Source: Candidatus Saccharimonadota bacterium (GTDB lineage: Bacteria > Patescibacteriota > Saccharimonadia > Saccharimonadales > Saccharimonadaceae). From it: a stretch of 32,000 nt of DNA. Both the position numbers and the translations under genes were made by a program. Within the stretch, counting starts at the first letter, position 1, and every line of letters begins with the position of its first letter. The notes beneath the pieces were generated by a model. It ran no database searches and had not been told where the DNA came from. It was given only the letters and a program-made list of their open reading frames with translations. The stretch spans positions 270,001 through 302,000 of the forward strand of contig CP075337.1 in NCBI GenBank assembly GCA_025349965.1. The letters run 5' to 3'. Positions 7,707 through 15,671 of this stretch are shown one piece after another.

Positions 7707-8366
7707 ATGAGAAAGTTCCAAGTTATTACTCTTTTTCCGGAAATGTTTACCGGTGTCTTTGAGAATTCTATGATGTGGAAGGCACAGAAAGATGGAATTG
7801 TTGAACTTACGACAATTAACCTTAGAGACTTTGGAATCGGACCCCGTAAGCAAGTGGATGATACTCCCTATGGTGGAGGTGACGGGATGCTCTTAAAGCC
7901 AGAGCCTCTTTTTGCGGCTATTGAAGCTGCTAAGCAAAATGACGCTACTGCCAAGGTAGTACTTATGACGCCTCGTGGTATGCGCTGGAAGCAATCCCTT
8001 GCTCAGGCTTGGGCGGATGACGCGGAGACGGGTTATATCTTTGTCTGTGGGCGCTATGAGGGCTACGATGAACGCGTGCTCTCACTTATTGATCTTCAGG
8101 TGCGCGTAGGGGACTACGTGCTGACAGGCGGGGAGCTTCCAGCTATGACGATTATCGATAGTGTTGTGCGCTTAATCCCTGGGGTACTTGGTGGTGCTGA
8201 TAGTGCGGCCATTGAAAGCTTTTCAGACGGTGAGACACTTGAGTTTCCTCAATACACGCGTCCTGAAGTATTTCGTGACATGAAGGTGCCGGATGTCCTT
8301 TTAAGTGGCCACCATGGTGAAATCGCCAAGTGGCGTGCCGAGCAGTCAATAAAAGCTCAGGACTAA
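7707..8366 (+). CDS. trmD: tRNA (guanine37-N1)-methyltransferase
   Basis: 219-aa ORF. It has the TrmD N-terminus FQVITLFPEMF, then DDTPYGGGDGMLLKPEP, CGRYEGYDERV and YVLTGGELPAM. Confidence 0.95.
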   Translation: MRKFQVITLFPEMFTGVFENSMMWKAQKDGIVELTTINLRDFGIGPRKQVDDTPYGGGDGMLLKPEPLFAAIEAAKQNDATAKVVLMTPRGMRWKQSLAQAWADDAETGYIFVCGRYEGYDERVLSLIDLQVRVGDYVLTGGELPAMTIIDSVVRLIPGVLGGADSAAIESFSDGETLEFPQYTRPEVFRDMKVPDVLLSGHHGEIAKWRAEQSIKAQD

Positions 8367-8386
8367 TGAAATCACACCAAAAATAA

Positions 8387-8405
8387 TACCCGCAGAGAGC
8401 GGGTA
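8387..8405 (+). terminator. Candidate terminator hairpin after trmD
   Basis: 7-bp GC-rich stem TACCCGC / GCGGGTA with loop AGAGA. The downstream tail CTATTCCGTTGTTG is only moderately T-rich. Confidence 0.4.
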
Positions 8406-8629
8406 CTATTCCGTTGTTGTGGTGGATTTAACGTAGAGCGATTAACAGCTACAATATTTTTTTGTTGAATTTTTGTTTTTGTAACATTCGCTTGTAGTTA
8501 CTTTAGCATGGGTGTTTTGTAAGCGCAAGCATAATTATGAAAAAAGATAAAAATAACAACAGTTTTACAACCACCCGTTAGCGAATAGGTGGCTGTACTT
8601 ACAGTGCATCCAGCGCTATACTGAATTGT

Positions 8630-9103
8630 ATGAGATTTTTCGTAAAAGCAGAGCCTGCGCTACCGGCGCGTTCGGATCAATCAAGGCAAATTGCAGTTCT
8701 TCTGGCGGGGGTATTAACGGTTTTCTTAGTAACCCAACTTTTTACGTTCGATGAATTTATTGTACTCGCCGATACGTTTAAGCTCCCAGGTTTTAACGGT
8801 TTTGGGTTTGCTGCGAGTATCGTGGTATTCGAGCTGCTTTCTCTACCGTTTCTTTTGAGAATGGTGCTGAGTCCAGCTTTTCGTATTATGAGCGCTTTGA
8901 GCCTCGTTGTGGGTATGGTTTTGTGGCTGTATGCAACGATTATTGTCGTATTCGCGCGAAGCGTGGAGAGCTTGGGTATTACAGGCGGCTTAGGGACACT
9001 GACTCCGGGGTGGTGGTCAATATTTTTCGTGAGTGCGCTCGCTGTACTTGCAGCCTGGACGCTGTGGGGTTTGTGGCCGGCTCGACGGAAAGAGGCTAAG
9101 TAG
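8630..9103 (+). CDS. Integral membrane protein, four predicted TM helices, unknown function
   Basis: 157-aa ORF with four hydrophobic segments and a basic C-terminus (WPARRKEAK). I recognise no catalytic motif. TATACT (8617-8622) lies 7 nt upstream of the ATG. Confidence 0.6.
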   Translation: MRFFVKAEPALPARSDQSRQIAVLLAGVLTVFLVTQLFTFDEFIVLADTFKLPGFNGFGFAASIVVFELLSLPFLLRMVLSPAFRIMSALSLVVGMVLWLYATIIVVFARSVESLGITGGLGTLTPGWWSIFFVSALAVLAAWTLWGLWPARRKEAK

Positions 9104-9129
9104 TGGACTGCCCCACCTCGCTATGTAGC

Positions 9130-9158
9130 TTGCTATTTCATCAGTAAAGCAGTATACT
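9130..9158 (+). promoter_or_regulatory. Sigma70-type promoter for tRNA-Gln
   Basis: TTGCTA (9130-9135), a 17-nt spacer, then TATACT (9153-9158), located 15 nt upstream of the mature tRNA 5' end. Confidence 0.65.
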
Positions 9159-9173
9159 ATTTGAGTACTGCGA

Positions 9174-9248
9174 TAGGGTGTCGCCAAGTGGTAAGGCACC
9201 AGGTTTTGGTCCTGGCATTCGGGGGTTCGAATCCCTCCACCCTAGCCA
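9174..9248 (+). tRNA. tRNA-Gln (anticodon UUG), CCA encoded
   Basis: 75-nt cloverleaf. The acceptor stem TAGGGTG / CACCCTA has the bacterial Gln U1-A72 pair and G73. The D-arm is GCCAAGTGGTAAGGC. The anticodon stem CCAGG / CCTGG carries loop TTTTGGT. The T-arm is GGGGG-TTCGAAT-CCCTC. The sequence is closely collinear with E. coli tRNA-Gln as I recall it. Confidence 0.93.
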
Positions 9249-9261
9249 CGATAGTAGTCAA

Positions 9262-9292
9262 GGAGTCTGTTTTTACGGACTCTTTTGTTATT
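9262..9292 (+). terminator. Rho-independent terminator after tRNA-Gln
   Basis: 9-bp stem GGAGTCTGT / ACGGACTCT (two G-U pairs) with loop TTTT, followed by TTTGTTATT. Confidence 0.7.
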
Positions 9293-10177
9293 ATGAAAAC
9301 AATGAAGAGACGCGCCGCTATGCATACATCTATTTTTGGAGCTATTTTAACTACTGGCCGAGACTTGGCTGCAACCCTGCGGCATGCACTTCGTCTGCCG
9401 TATGCGTTGAATATAAAAACGATACAGTCGCCGCGTCAGCCCAGACAGACCTATATATTTATTCATGGGATTGGCAACACGCTTCATTCTTGGGATGAGG
9501 TATACGAGCAGTTACCTGAAGATGTCCGAATTATTGGGGTGGACCTACTGGGCTTTGGCGATTCTCCAAAGCCCCACCGAGCCATCTACGACGCTCGCTT
9601 ACAAGCACGTTCGGTTATGAGGACACTTCTTAAGATACCAATGAGGCAGCGACCTATCCTGGTGGGGCACTCGCTCGGTGCGCTCGTCGCAGTTGAGATG
9701 GCTAAGAGGTATCCTATTTTCTTTAAGCGTGCCGTACTTTGTAGCCCGCCTCTTTATATATCAGAGGGCGATCGTCCGCTCGGAAGGTTTTCAAGAGATG
9801 TTCTATTGCGCAGGCTATATAGAACAATTCGTCGCCACCCTACAGAACTTGAGCGTCTATCTCCACTTGCGGTGCGAGCAGGATTAGCTAATAAGTCTCT
9901 TTCGGTGACGGAGGAGACGGTGGGTGCGTATATTTCTAGCTTGGAGGCGAGTATAGTTAATCAGTCGGCCTTGCGTGATATTCCTAGGTTAAAGATTCCT
10001 GTTGCGATCCTCTATGGCACGCTTGACCCACTCGTGGTCGGAGCGCATATACAGGCGGTTGCGGGTAAGGGTTCGCATGTGAAGGTGTATAAAATCGTAA
10101 CAGGCCATGAGGTGATGGGGCGGTATGCGAAACGTCTTGTTACGATTCTCTCGGAGTTGGAGCCCGTCTCGATTTAA
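9293..10177 (+). CDS. Alpha/beta-fold hydrolase
   Basis: HG oxyanion motif FIHGIGNT, nucleophile elbow GHSLGA and a C-terminal TGHEVM (catalytic His). The track ORF start at 9161 runs through the tRNA gene and its terminator, so I chose the first ATG after the terminator (9293). ATGs at 9302 and 9320 are alternatives. Confidence 0.8.
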   Translation: MKTMKRRAAMHTSIFGAILTTGRDLAATLRHALRLPYALNIKTIQSPRQPRQTYIFIHGIGNTLHSWDEVYEQLPEDVRIIGVDLLGFGDSPKPHRAIYDARLQARSVMRTLLKIPMRQRPILVGHSLGALVAVEMAKRYPIFFKRAVLCSPPLYISEGDRPLGRFSRDVLLRRLYRTIRRHPTELERLSPLAVRAGLANKSLSVTEETVGAYISSLEASIVNQSALRDIPRLKIPVAILYGTLDPLVVGAHIQAVAGKGSHVKVYKIVTGHEVMGRYAKRLVTILSELEPVSI

Positions 10178-11549
10178 TTGGGATTTCAAGTGTGAACGTT
10201 GCACCGCGTAGGTGGTGTCTCTTTTCGTCGATGACACCATTTGAATGTAACCGCAGGTTGGATTGGAGTTGTGTTTTTGCAAGATTGCGAGCGATGAATA
10301 GCCCTGCGCCTAATCCTGATGGTTTCGTGCTTGCCAGTGGCGAGAATAGATTTGGCAATATTTCTGGCGCTATGCCGATCCCATTGTCGCTTATGGTTAT
10401 TCTAATAAGCGCTTTTGTTTGAGAGATGCGCGCACATACCTGCGCCTCGGGGAAGTCAGAGCATGCTTCGAGGCCATTCTTGAGTAAGATAGATAAAATA
10501 TGTCGTAACGCGAGAGGATCGCCGCGGGCTTTTATTTTCTTGTCCAGCGACTGATCAACAACGCATGTAAGAAGCGTGTGTCGAGCGTCAAATTGTATCT
10601 GAATATCATTTAGTGTACTTTTAAGAATCGAATAGGGGCGAATAGACTGCTCTGAATTGTAGGTATCGAGCTGGCGCCTCACTGTTTTCACCATTGCGGT
10701 AATCTGTGCGAAACTCTCTTGCGTTTCAGCGAGGGCTTCCGATATTTTTTTCGACCCTTGTAGGCCCTCTATGTCCATTCCGAGTATCGTGAGGTGATTT
10801 GAAAGTTCATGAAGTGTCGCCGCTGTATTTTGCCCAAGTGTGGCGAAGCTGTAGAGCTGCTGTACTTCTTTGAGTTGATTGGTGCGTAACTTTGCAGATT
10901 CTTGAGCGAGTTGAAGTTTTAGCACTTCTTTTTGTGTGCGAAGCTTCTTCTCTGCTTTGCGCGCACGACGCAGGGCATATTCGGAACGACGCATCGACAG
11001 CCAAGCTGTGAGTGAGAAGCTCATAATAACGGTTATATATGCTAGTACATCTAAAAAGGAGGTTTGTTGGGTGAGATGTTCGATATCTGGTTGATAAAAG
11101 CCGTAGTGGTGGATGAGCTGAATGAGTATAAGCCCAATACACAGAGACAGGACAATAATGAGCATGCGCTTAGTTCCGAGAAGCGCGCCAGTTAGTATGA
11201 CGACAAAGCCGATAGTAATAAGACCAGGTGTGGCATTAATTCCCCAGAGATAAAGTGCAACCAGAGCGATAGCCGAGAAGAAGATTATGAGTAACCAGTG
11301 CGCAAGCGTCTCGTGCTTTTTCAGAATGAGGAGGCTTATTAGTAGGAGGCAGAGGAGGCTTGTAATGCCAATGTAGGCCCGGGTGTGTAGGCCTGTCCCG
11401 GCGGAAAAATCATTAAAGATGAGAATGGCCGTGAGAATTGTGGCTACGACAATTGATGTAGTAGTGACATTCTGACCCATCGAATGCTTTGTGTTACTAA
11501 AGAGGAGGCGTTTTAAAGATATGCCTGTGCTTGTTGATCTTTTCGTCAT
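10140..11549 (-). CDS. Sensor histidine kinase with six-TM membrane-embedded N-terminal domain
   Basis: H-box LHELSNHLTILG, N-box LLKNGLEA, G1 DNGIGI and G2 GLGAGLF. The N-terminal half has about six TM helices with very short loops. The 3' end overlaps the convergent hydrolase gene by 38 nt. Confidence 0.9.
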   Translation of the reverse strand: MTKRSTSTGISLKRLLFSNTKHSMGQNVTTTSIVVATILTAILIFNDFSAGTGLHTRAYIGITSLLCLLLISLLILKKHETLAHWLLIIFFSAIALVALYLWGINATPGLITIGFVVILTGALLGTKRMLIIVLSLCIGLILIQLIHHYGFYQPDIEHLTQQTSFLDVLAYITVIMSFSLTAWLSMRRSEYALRRARKAEKKLRTQKEVLKLQLAQESAKLRTNQLKEVQQLYSFATLGQNTAATLHELSNHLTILGMDIEGLQGSKKISEALAETQESFAQITAMVKTVRRQLDTYNSEQSIRPYSILKSTLNDIQIQFDARHTLLTCVVDQSLDKKIKARGDPLALRHILSILLKNGLEACSDFPEAQVCARISQTKALIRITISDNGIGIAPEILPNLFSPLASTKPSGLGAGLFIARNLAKTQLQSNLRLHSNGVIDEKRHHLRGATFTLEIPIKSRRAPTPRES

Positions 11550-12235
11550 TCAGTACCGCCATCCGAGTGAGATTCAATCATATATCCGAGACCGTAGGCT
11601 GTTTTTAGTAGTTTCTTTTGAAAGGGCTTGTCTATTTTGTCGCGAATTTGCTTAATGTGTACGTCGACCGAGCCAGTCCAGTTATTTGCGTTTGCAGGCC
11701 ACGCCTGAAGGACAATCATTTCTCTTGTTAAGATGCGTCCAGGATTCATGCAGAGATATTCAAGAATATTGAACTCCTTGCGACGAAGGGTGATAGGCGT
11801 GCCCTCTCTTGTGACGGTGCGGGTGTTCGGGTCAAGTTCAAGCGAATCAATGACAATTTTCTCTCTATAGCCAGCTGCTTGCTTTCTTCTGAGTAATGCT
11901 CTGATACGAGCGTGAAGTTCAGCCGTTTCGTATGGCTTCGTAATGTAGTCGTCGGCACCAATTTCCAAAAGATTTACCTTGCTGGCTGTTGAATCCTCTC
12001 CGGTTGTGACGAGAATTGCTATCTCAGGCCAAAAGGTCTTTATCTGTCGGCAAGTTTCTTCTCCGGTCATACCGGGGAGTCCGAGATCGAGCAAGATGAG
12101 GTCAAAAGGTGCGTCGGTAAGGGCTTGAAGTCCTGCTTCGCCTGAATAGGCGAGTTCGACAATATACCATTTTTGTAGTTTGTCTTTTGTGCGTTTCGCG
12201 AGCCGCTCGTTATCGTCAATAACAAGTATTTTCAT
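11546..12235 (-). CDS. OmpR/PhoB-family response regulator
   Basis: Receiver domain (MKILVIDDN, phospho-acceptor context DLILLDLGLPGMTG). Winged-helix output domain (LRRKEFNILEYL...VDVHIKQIRDKI...GLGYMI). SD AAGGAAAG is present. A 4-nt ATGA overlap links it to the kinase gene. Confidence 0.93.
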   Translation of the reverse strand: MKILVIDDNERLAKRTKDKLQKWYIVELAYSGEAGLQALTDAPFDLILLDLGLPGMTGEETCRQIKTFWPEIAILVTTGEDSTASKVNLLEIGADDYITKPYETAELHARIRALLRRKQAAGYREKIVIDSLELDPNTRTVTREGTPITLRRKEFNILEYLCMNPGRILTREMIVLQAWPANANNWTGSVDVHIKQIRDKIDKPFQKKLLKTAYGLGYMIESHSDGGTE

Positions 12236-12363
12236 AACTTTCCTTGTATATGTTTATGCTTATTTCTAGCTATTTTAGCGACTATTTGTTAAATAGTAAT
12301 TAAATCACTCTATTTCGTTTAAATGACATGAAAAGCAGCGCATTTTGGAGTATACTAAGGCCA

Positions 12364-12891
12364 ATGACGGCAGATGTATTTATACGAATTATTGCTGACG
12401 GTGCAGTAATACCGGTTGTTCTTATTGCCGCGTGGGCGCTTCTTTTTAAGGTTCCAAAAGGGCAACGTTTTGCTGCATATAGCAGAATTTTAATGGCAGG
12501 CCTTACTGCGTATATGATTGCAAAATTTGCCGGAACGGTATACCAGCCGACTGATATGCGCCCCTTTGAAGTGATGGGTGTTGACCCTGGAGCTTCATAT
12601 CTTGATAATCCTGGATTTCCTTCTGATCACGTTCTTTTTGTCACGGCGATTACTCTTGCGGTTTGGTTTGAGACTCGTCTTCGGAAGACGACTGTTGTAC
12701 TTGTGGTGCTCAGCGCTCTCGTTGCGATTGGTCGCGTCTTGGCGTTAGTACATAGTCCACTTGATGTTCTAGGGGGTGTTCTCTTTGCACTGATAGGTGC
12801 GCTGTGGTACGGTAGTAGATATATAGAGGAGCGTAAAGATGGCAAAGGTGGTGGTGGACAATCAAAACGTCGTCGCCCCGTGGCGATCTAG
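12364..12891 (+). CDS. PAP2-family lipid phosphatase (BcrC/undecaprenyl-diphosphatase-like)
   Basis: PAP2 motifs C2 PSDH and C3 GRVLALVHSPLD (Rx5Hx3D), within a multi-TM protein. The start is ambiguous. The track gives 12328. I prefer the ATG at 12364 because TATACT (12351-12356) lies 7 nt upstream, matching the pattern seen at other genes here. Confidence 0.8.
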   Translation: MTADVFIRIIADGAVIPVVLIAAWALLFKVPKGQRFAAYSRILMAGLTAYMIAKFAGTVYQPTDMRPFEVMGVDPGASYLDNPGFPSDHVLFVTAITLAVWFETRLRKTTVVLVVLSALVAIGRVLALVHSPLDVLGGVLFALIGALWYGSRYIEERKDGKGGGGQSKRRRPVAI

Positions 12892-13318
12892 ACTTCAATT
12901 AATTGGCGTTGCAGCAGGAGCTGGTGCGGTATGGTGGCTCATTACGAGCTTATTGGCGCGATATGCTATTGAGCCACTTGCCTGCAGGAGCACTGCAACG
13001 CTTACTGCATGTGGTGATGCGCCTACTATTGCGGGTTCGGTAGCCGCTGTTATGGTTGCGGCTGGCGCACTGTTTTTATTGGCGAGCATACGTCAGGCTC
13101 GTCCGATTCTCGTTATTACGGGCGCTGCAGCGACGCTATGGATGCTCGGGCTCTATGTAACCGGCCTTGTATGGTATGAGGCTATCTTTTGGTCTATTGT
13201 TGCCTATATTTTCGTATATGTTTTATTTGCGACTATTGGGCGCATACGAAACGTATGGATTGGCATTGCAACTGCGCTTATTTGTGTCGTTCTAATACGG
13301 CTCTTTCTTGCGTTTTAG
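12839..13318 (+). CDS. Integral membrane protein (4-5 TM), unknown function
   Basis: 159-aa hydrophobic ORF. SD AGAGGAG (12825-12831) lies 7 nt upstream. It overlaps the PAP2 gene tail by 53 nt in another frame. Two Cys residues sit in the first predicted external loop. Confidence 0.65.
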   Translation: MAKVVVDNQNVVAPWRSRLQLIGVAAGAGAVWWLITSLLARYAIEPLACRSTATLTACGDAPTIAGSVAAVMVAAGALFLLASIRQARPILVITGAAATLWMLGLYVTGLVWYEAIFWSIVAYIFVYVLFATIGRIRNVWIGIATALICVVLIRLFLAF

Positions 13319-13339
13319 TATCGGTGCTATACTGAGTAT

Positions 13340-14410
13340 ATGAATGAAGTAATGGTGGTGGTGCTCCTCTTTTTCGCGATTGTAGCGGGCGGGTTAATTG
13401 TATTTATTATTTTAAAAATCCAGGGGCGTTCTGGCCAAGGCGGGGGAGTGGAGCTCCTCAAGGCTGACGTGACCGAGCTTAATAGAACTGTTGTCGCACT
13501 TCAATCGGCATTAGGTGAGAAGATGGAGCGAAACGCAACATCGATGCAGCAATCTGTGCAGCGACAACTGGCAGAGAGCATGAAACTCGTTCATAACGTG
13601 TCCGATAGGTTGGCGAAGCTTGATGAGACAAATCGTCGCGTGGTTGATGTTGCTGATGAGTTGAAAACACTCCAGAATGTATTGCAAAATCCAAAGCAGC
13701 GCGGTGTGTTTGGTGAATATTACCTTGAGTCGGTTCTTTCGAATATTTTGCCGGTAAAGAACTTTAAGATGCAGCATTCATTCAAAGGTGGGGTGATTGC
13801 TGATGCGGTAATCGTGCTTGATAAGGGCCGCCTCCTGCCTGTTGACAGCAAGTTTAGTCTCGAGAACTACAACCGAATGGTTTCGGTGTCTGATAAGGCT
13901 GAGCGCGAGGTATTATTAAAAAAAGTTCGCACCGATCTTAAGGGTCGTATTGATGAGACGAGTAAATATGTTCGCCCAGAAGAGGGGACGATGGATTTTG
14001 CCTTTATGTTTATTCCAAGCGAGTCGCTCTATTACGATTTACTTATTGGTGACGTCGGCACTGGCTCAAGTGCTCGTGATCTTATCGAGTACGCCTTTCG
14101 TGAAAAACAGGTCATTATCGTGAGCCCTACGAGCTTTATGGCCTACCTACAGACAGTTCTTCAGGGACTCCGTAGTTTGCAGATTGAAGAACAGGCGAAG
14201 GGGATTCAGTCCCAAGTTGGTAAGCTTGGTCGTCACATTGCTGCCTTCGATAGCTACATGGATAAGCTCGGTAAGTCACTTGGAACGACCGTCAATCACT
14301 TTAACAATGCCCACAAAGAGCTTTCTAAGATTGATACGGATGTAGTGAAAATAACTCATGCCGAGAAACAGATTGAGCCAATTGTTGTATCGCGTCCAAA
14401 CGAAGAGTAA
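13340..14410 (+). CDS. rmuC: DNA recombination protein RmuC
   Basis: N-terminal TM helix followed by a coiled coil. RmuC core motifs are present: RGVFGEYYLESVL, PVDSKFSLENY and FMFIPSESLYYDL. TGcTATACT (13325-13333) lies 6 nt upstream of the ATG. Confidence 0.88.
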   Translation: MNEVMVVVLLFFAIVAGGLIVFIILKIQGRSGQGGGVELLKADVTELNRTVVALQSALGEKMERNATSMQQSVQRQLAESMKLVHNVSDRLAKLDETNRRVVDVADELKTLQNVLQNPKQRGVFGEYYLESVLSNILPVKNFKMQHSFKGGVIADAVIVLDKGRLLPVDSKFSLENYNRMVSVSDKAEREVLLKKVRTDLKGRIDETSKYVRPEEGTMDFAFMFIPSESLYYDLLIGDVGTGSSARDLIEYAFREKQVIIVSPTSFMAYLQTVLQGLRSLQIEEQAKGIQSQVGKLGRHIAAFDSYMDKLGKSLGTTVNHFNNAHKELSKIDTDVVKITHAEKQIEPIVVSRPNEE

Positions 14411-14426
14411 GAATTTTACTGCCATT

Positions 14427-14458
14427 ATAAAACCCCGCTTCAGCAGGCGGGGTTTTAT
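14427..14458. terminator. Bidirectional rho-independent terminator between rmuC and the MIP channel gene
   Basis: 12-bp stem ATAAAACCCCGC / GCGGGGTTTTAT with loop TTCAGCAG, flanked by A/T runs on both sides. Confidence 0.88.
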
Positions 14459-14475
14459 TTTGATGTAATGCAGTA

Positions 14476-15306
14476 CTAGCTGTTCTTGCCGTGAACGAGG
14501 TCACGGATAACAAATCCGAGTACGCCACCGATAACTGGAGCAAGCATGTAGATGATGTATGTCCAGTTGTTGGCGTCAAACGCTTGTAGTGAAAGGGCGA
14601 TAGCAGGGTTGATGATCGCGCTTGCAGCAACATAGCCGGCAGCCGTAACCGCAACCATGAGTGCGATAAGAATACCTGTACCTGCAGTCCATGCCGCAGT
14701 AAGTGAATCCTTAAGACGTGTTGCATGTGCAATGGCAAATGCGAGGATTGCAGTACCAATGATCTCAGAGAAGACTACGAACATTTCTTTACCATCAAGG
14801 TTTGAAATGTCGTTTGCCGCAAAGAGGCTTGGTGTGTTACCCATCATTGACTGCTGTGCGGTTGGTTCGCCAGCACCGCCGAGGAAGGCGTTGAGAGCGA
14901 AGAAAGCTGCAGCAGCACCGAGGAACTGCGCAAGAATGTATCCGACGGCGCGGAGCCAGCCGATACGACGAGTTGCCCATGCGCCAATAGTGATTGCTGG
15001 GTTAACGTGTCCGCCTGAAACACCACCAATGATAAGTACAATTCCCACGAGTGCGAAAAGTACGAAGATCGGTTGACCTTGACCTGCAATAACAACGCCT
15101 GCAAGTAGGAATGTGCCGATAAATTCGGCAGCGAGTGCACGCCAGAACTTCGCTGACTTAACAGCTGATTCGACGTGTTGACCGAGGGACTGCTTCTTGG
15201 TTGATGTAGAGACAGTCTTTACGGTAGTTGTTGACGCTCGTGAAGCTGCTGATGACTTCGCCGAGGTCTTCTTCTTGGTAGAAGCGGCTTTTTTAGTTGT
15301 AGCCAT
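14476..15306 (-). CDS. MIP-family channel (aquaporin/glycerol facilitator-like) with basic low-complexity N-terminal extension
   Basis: Two NPA boxes (GGHVNPAITIG and SAIINPAIAL) and six TM segments. A strong SD AAGGAGGG precedes the only N-terminal ATG. The first roughly 55 aa are Lys/Ser/Thr/Ala-rich. Confidence 0.9.
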   Translation of the reverse strand: MATTKKAASTKKKTSAKSSAASRASTTTVKTVSTSTKKQSLGQHVESAVKSAKFWRALAAEFIGTFLLAGVVIAGQGQPIFVLFALVGIVLIIGGVSGGHVNPAITIGAWATRRIGWLRAVGYILAQFLGAAAAFFALNAFLGGAGEPTAQQSMMGNTPSLFAANDISNLDGKEMFVVFSEIIGTAILAFAIAHATRLKDSLTAAWTAGTGILIALMVAVTAAGYVAASAIINPAIALSLQAFDANNWTYIIYMLAPVIGGVLGFVIRDLVHGKNS

Positions 15307-15338
15307 ATATTTCCCTCCTTAATGGTAAATATGCATAC

Positions 15339-15347
15339 AGTATACCA
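15339..15347 (-). promoter_or_regulatory. Extended -10 promoter for the MIP channel gene
   Basis: TGgTATACT on the minus strand, about 32 nt upstream of the ATG. The leader carries AAGGAGGG. Confidence 0.5.
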
Positions 15348-15398
15348 TAAACACTTCTTCAATAAGAGGGAATAGGGCAGATGGTATACTAAGAATAT

Positions 15399-15635
15399 AT
15401 GGGACTTTATCTAAAGCAGAATGAAACACGCTCGGAGCTTCGACAGCGTATCGAGAAAGAACTACAAGAGAAGGCGCGCAAGCGCTCTGAAGATACGGTT
15501 GATTTACCAGATGGTGTTGAGGATAGCGCGTACGTCAAAGATACGAAATCAACAACGGGCCTGGCATGGGTCTGGCTGGGCATTTTTATTGCAGTAATCG
15601 CACTGATAATCTGGCTCCTCGTAAGTACACTTTAA
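15399..15635 (+). CDS. Small tail-anchored membrane protein, unknown function
   Basis: 78-aa ORF with a charged N-terminal two-thirds and a single C-terminal TM helix (LAWVWLGIFIAVIALIIWLLV). TGgTATACT (15382-15390) lies 8 nt upstream of the ATG. Confidence 0.55.
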   Translation: MGLYLKQNETRSELRQRIEKELQEKARKRSEDTVDLPDGVEDSAYVKDTKSTTGLAWVWLGIFIAVIALIIWLLVSTL

Positions 15636-15671
15636 GTATATTTTTCATCCGCCCCTCTGTGCTACACTAGA

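Noticed and set aside
7425-7853. Track ORFs 7425-7703 (+, 92 aa) and 7527-7853 (-, 108 aa) in the gap between the KH gene and trmD.
   Set aside because: The plus ORF starts inside a terminator hairpin and ends in the trmD promoter. The minus ORF overlaps the trmD 5' end. Neither has an SD, a -10 box at leaderless distance or any family resemblance. I also checked the 29-aa minus-strand tail MVRIMSFNENGKNKRHRDFSLVTNHIYRT against small ribosomal proteins from memory and found no match.
8407-8629. The AT-rich spacer after trmD as a possible ncRNA or micro-ORF locus. It includes a 14-codon ORF at 8537-8581 (MKKDKNNNSFTTTR) and short hairpins such as GTAAC...GTTAC.
   Set aside because: The hairpins are only 5-8 bp with wobble pairs. 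The micro-ORF has no SD or correctly spaced -10 box. I recognise nothing resembling a known RNA family. It is most simply the promoter and spacer region for the gene at 8630, and the position where rplS would normally be.
9161-9292. The N-terminal 44 codons of the 338-aa track ORF (9161-10177), which would make a longer hydrolase.
   Set aside because: This stretch runs straight through the tRNA-Gln gene (9174-9248) and its terminator hairpin. The hydrolase more plausibly starts at the first ATG after the terminator (9293).
9174-14410. The possibility that tRNA-Gln marks the integration site of a genomic island covering the hydrolase, two-component system, PAP2, membrane protein and rmuC.
   Set aside because: I saw no integrase, recombinase or phage genes and no obvious compositional shift. 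By eye I could not find a direct repeat of the tRNA 3' end (GGTTCGAATCCCTCCACCCTAGCCA) downstream. An exact-match search for 15 nt or more of that sequence would settle it.
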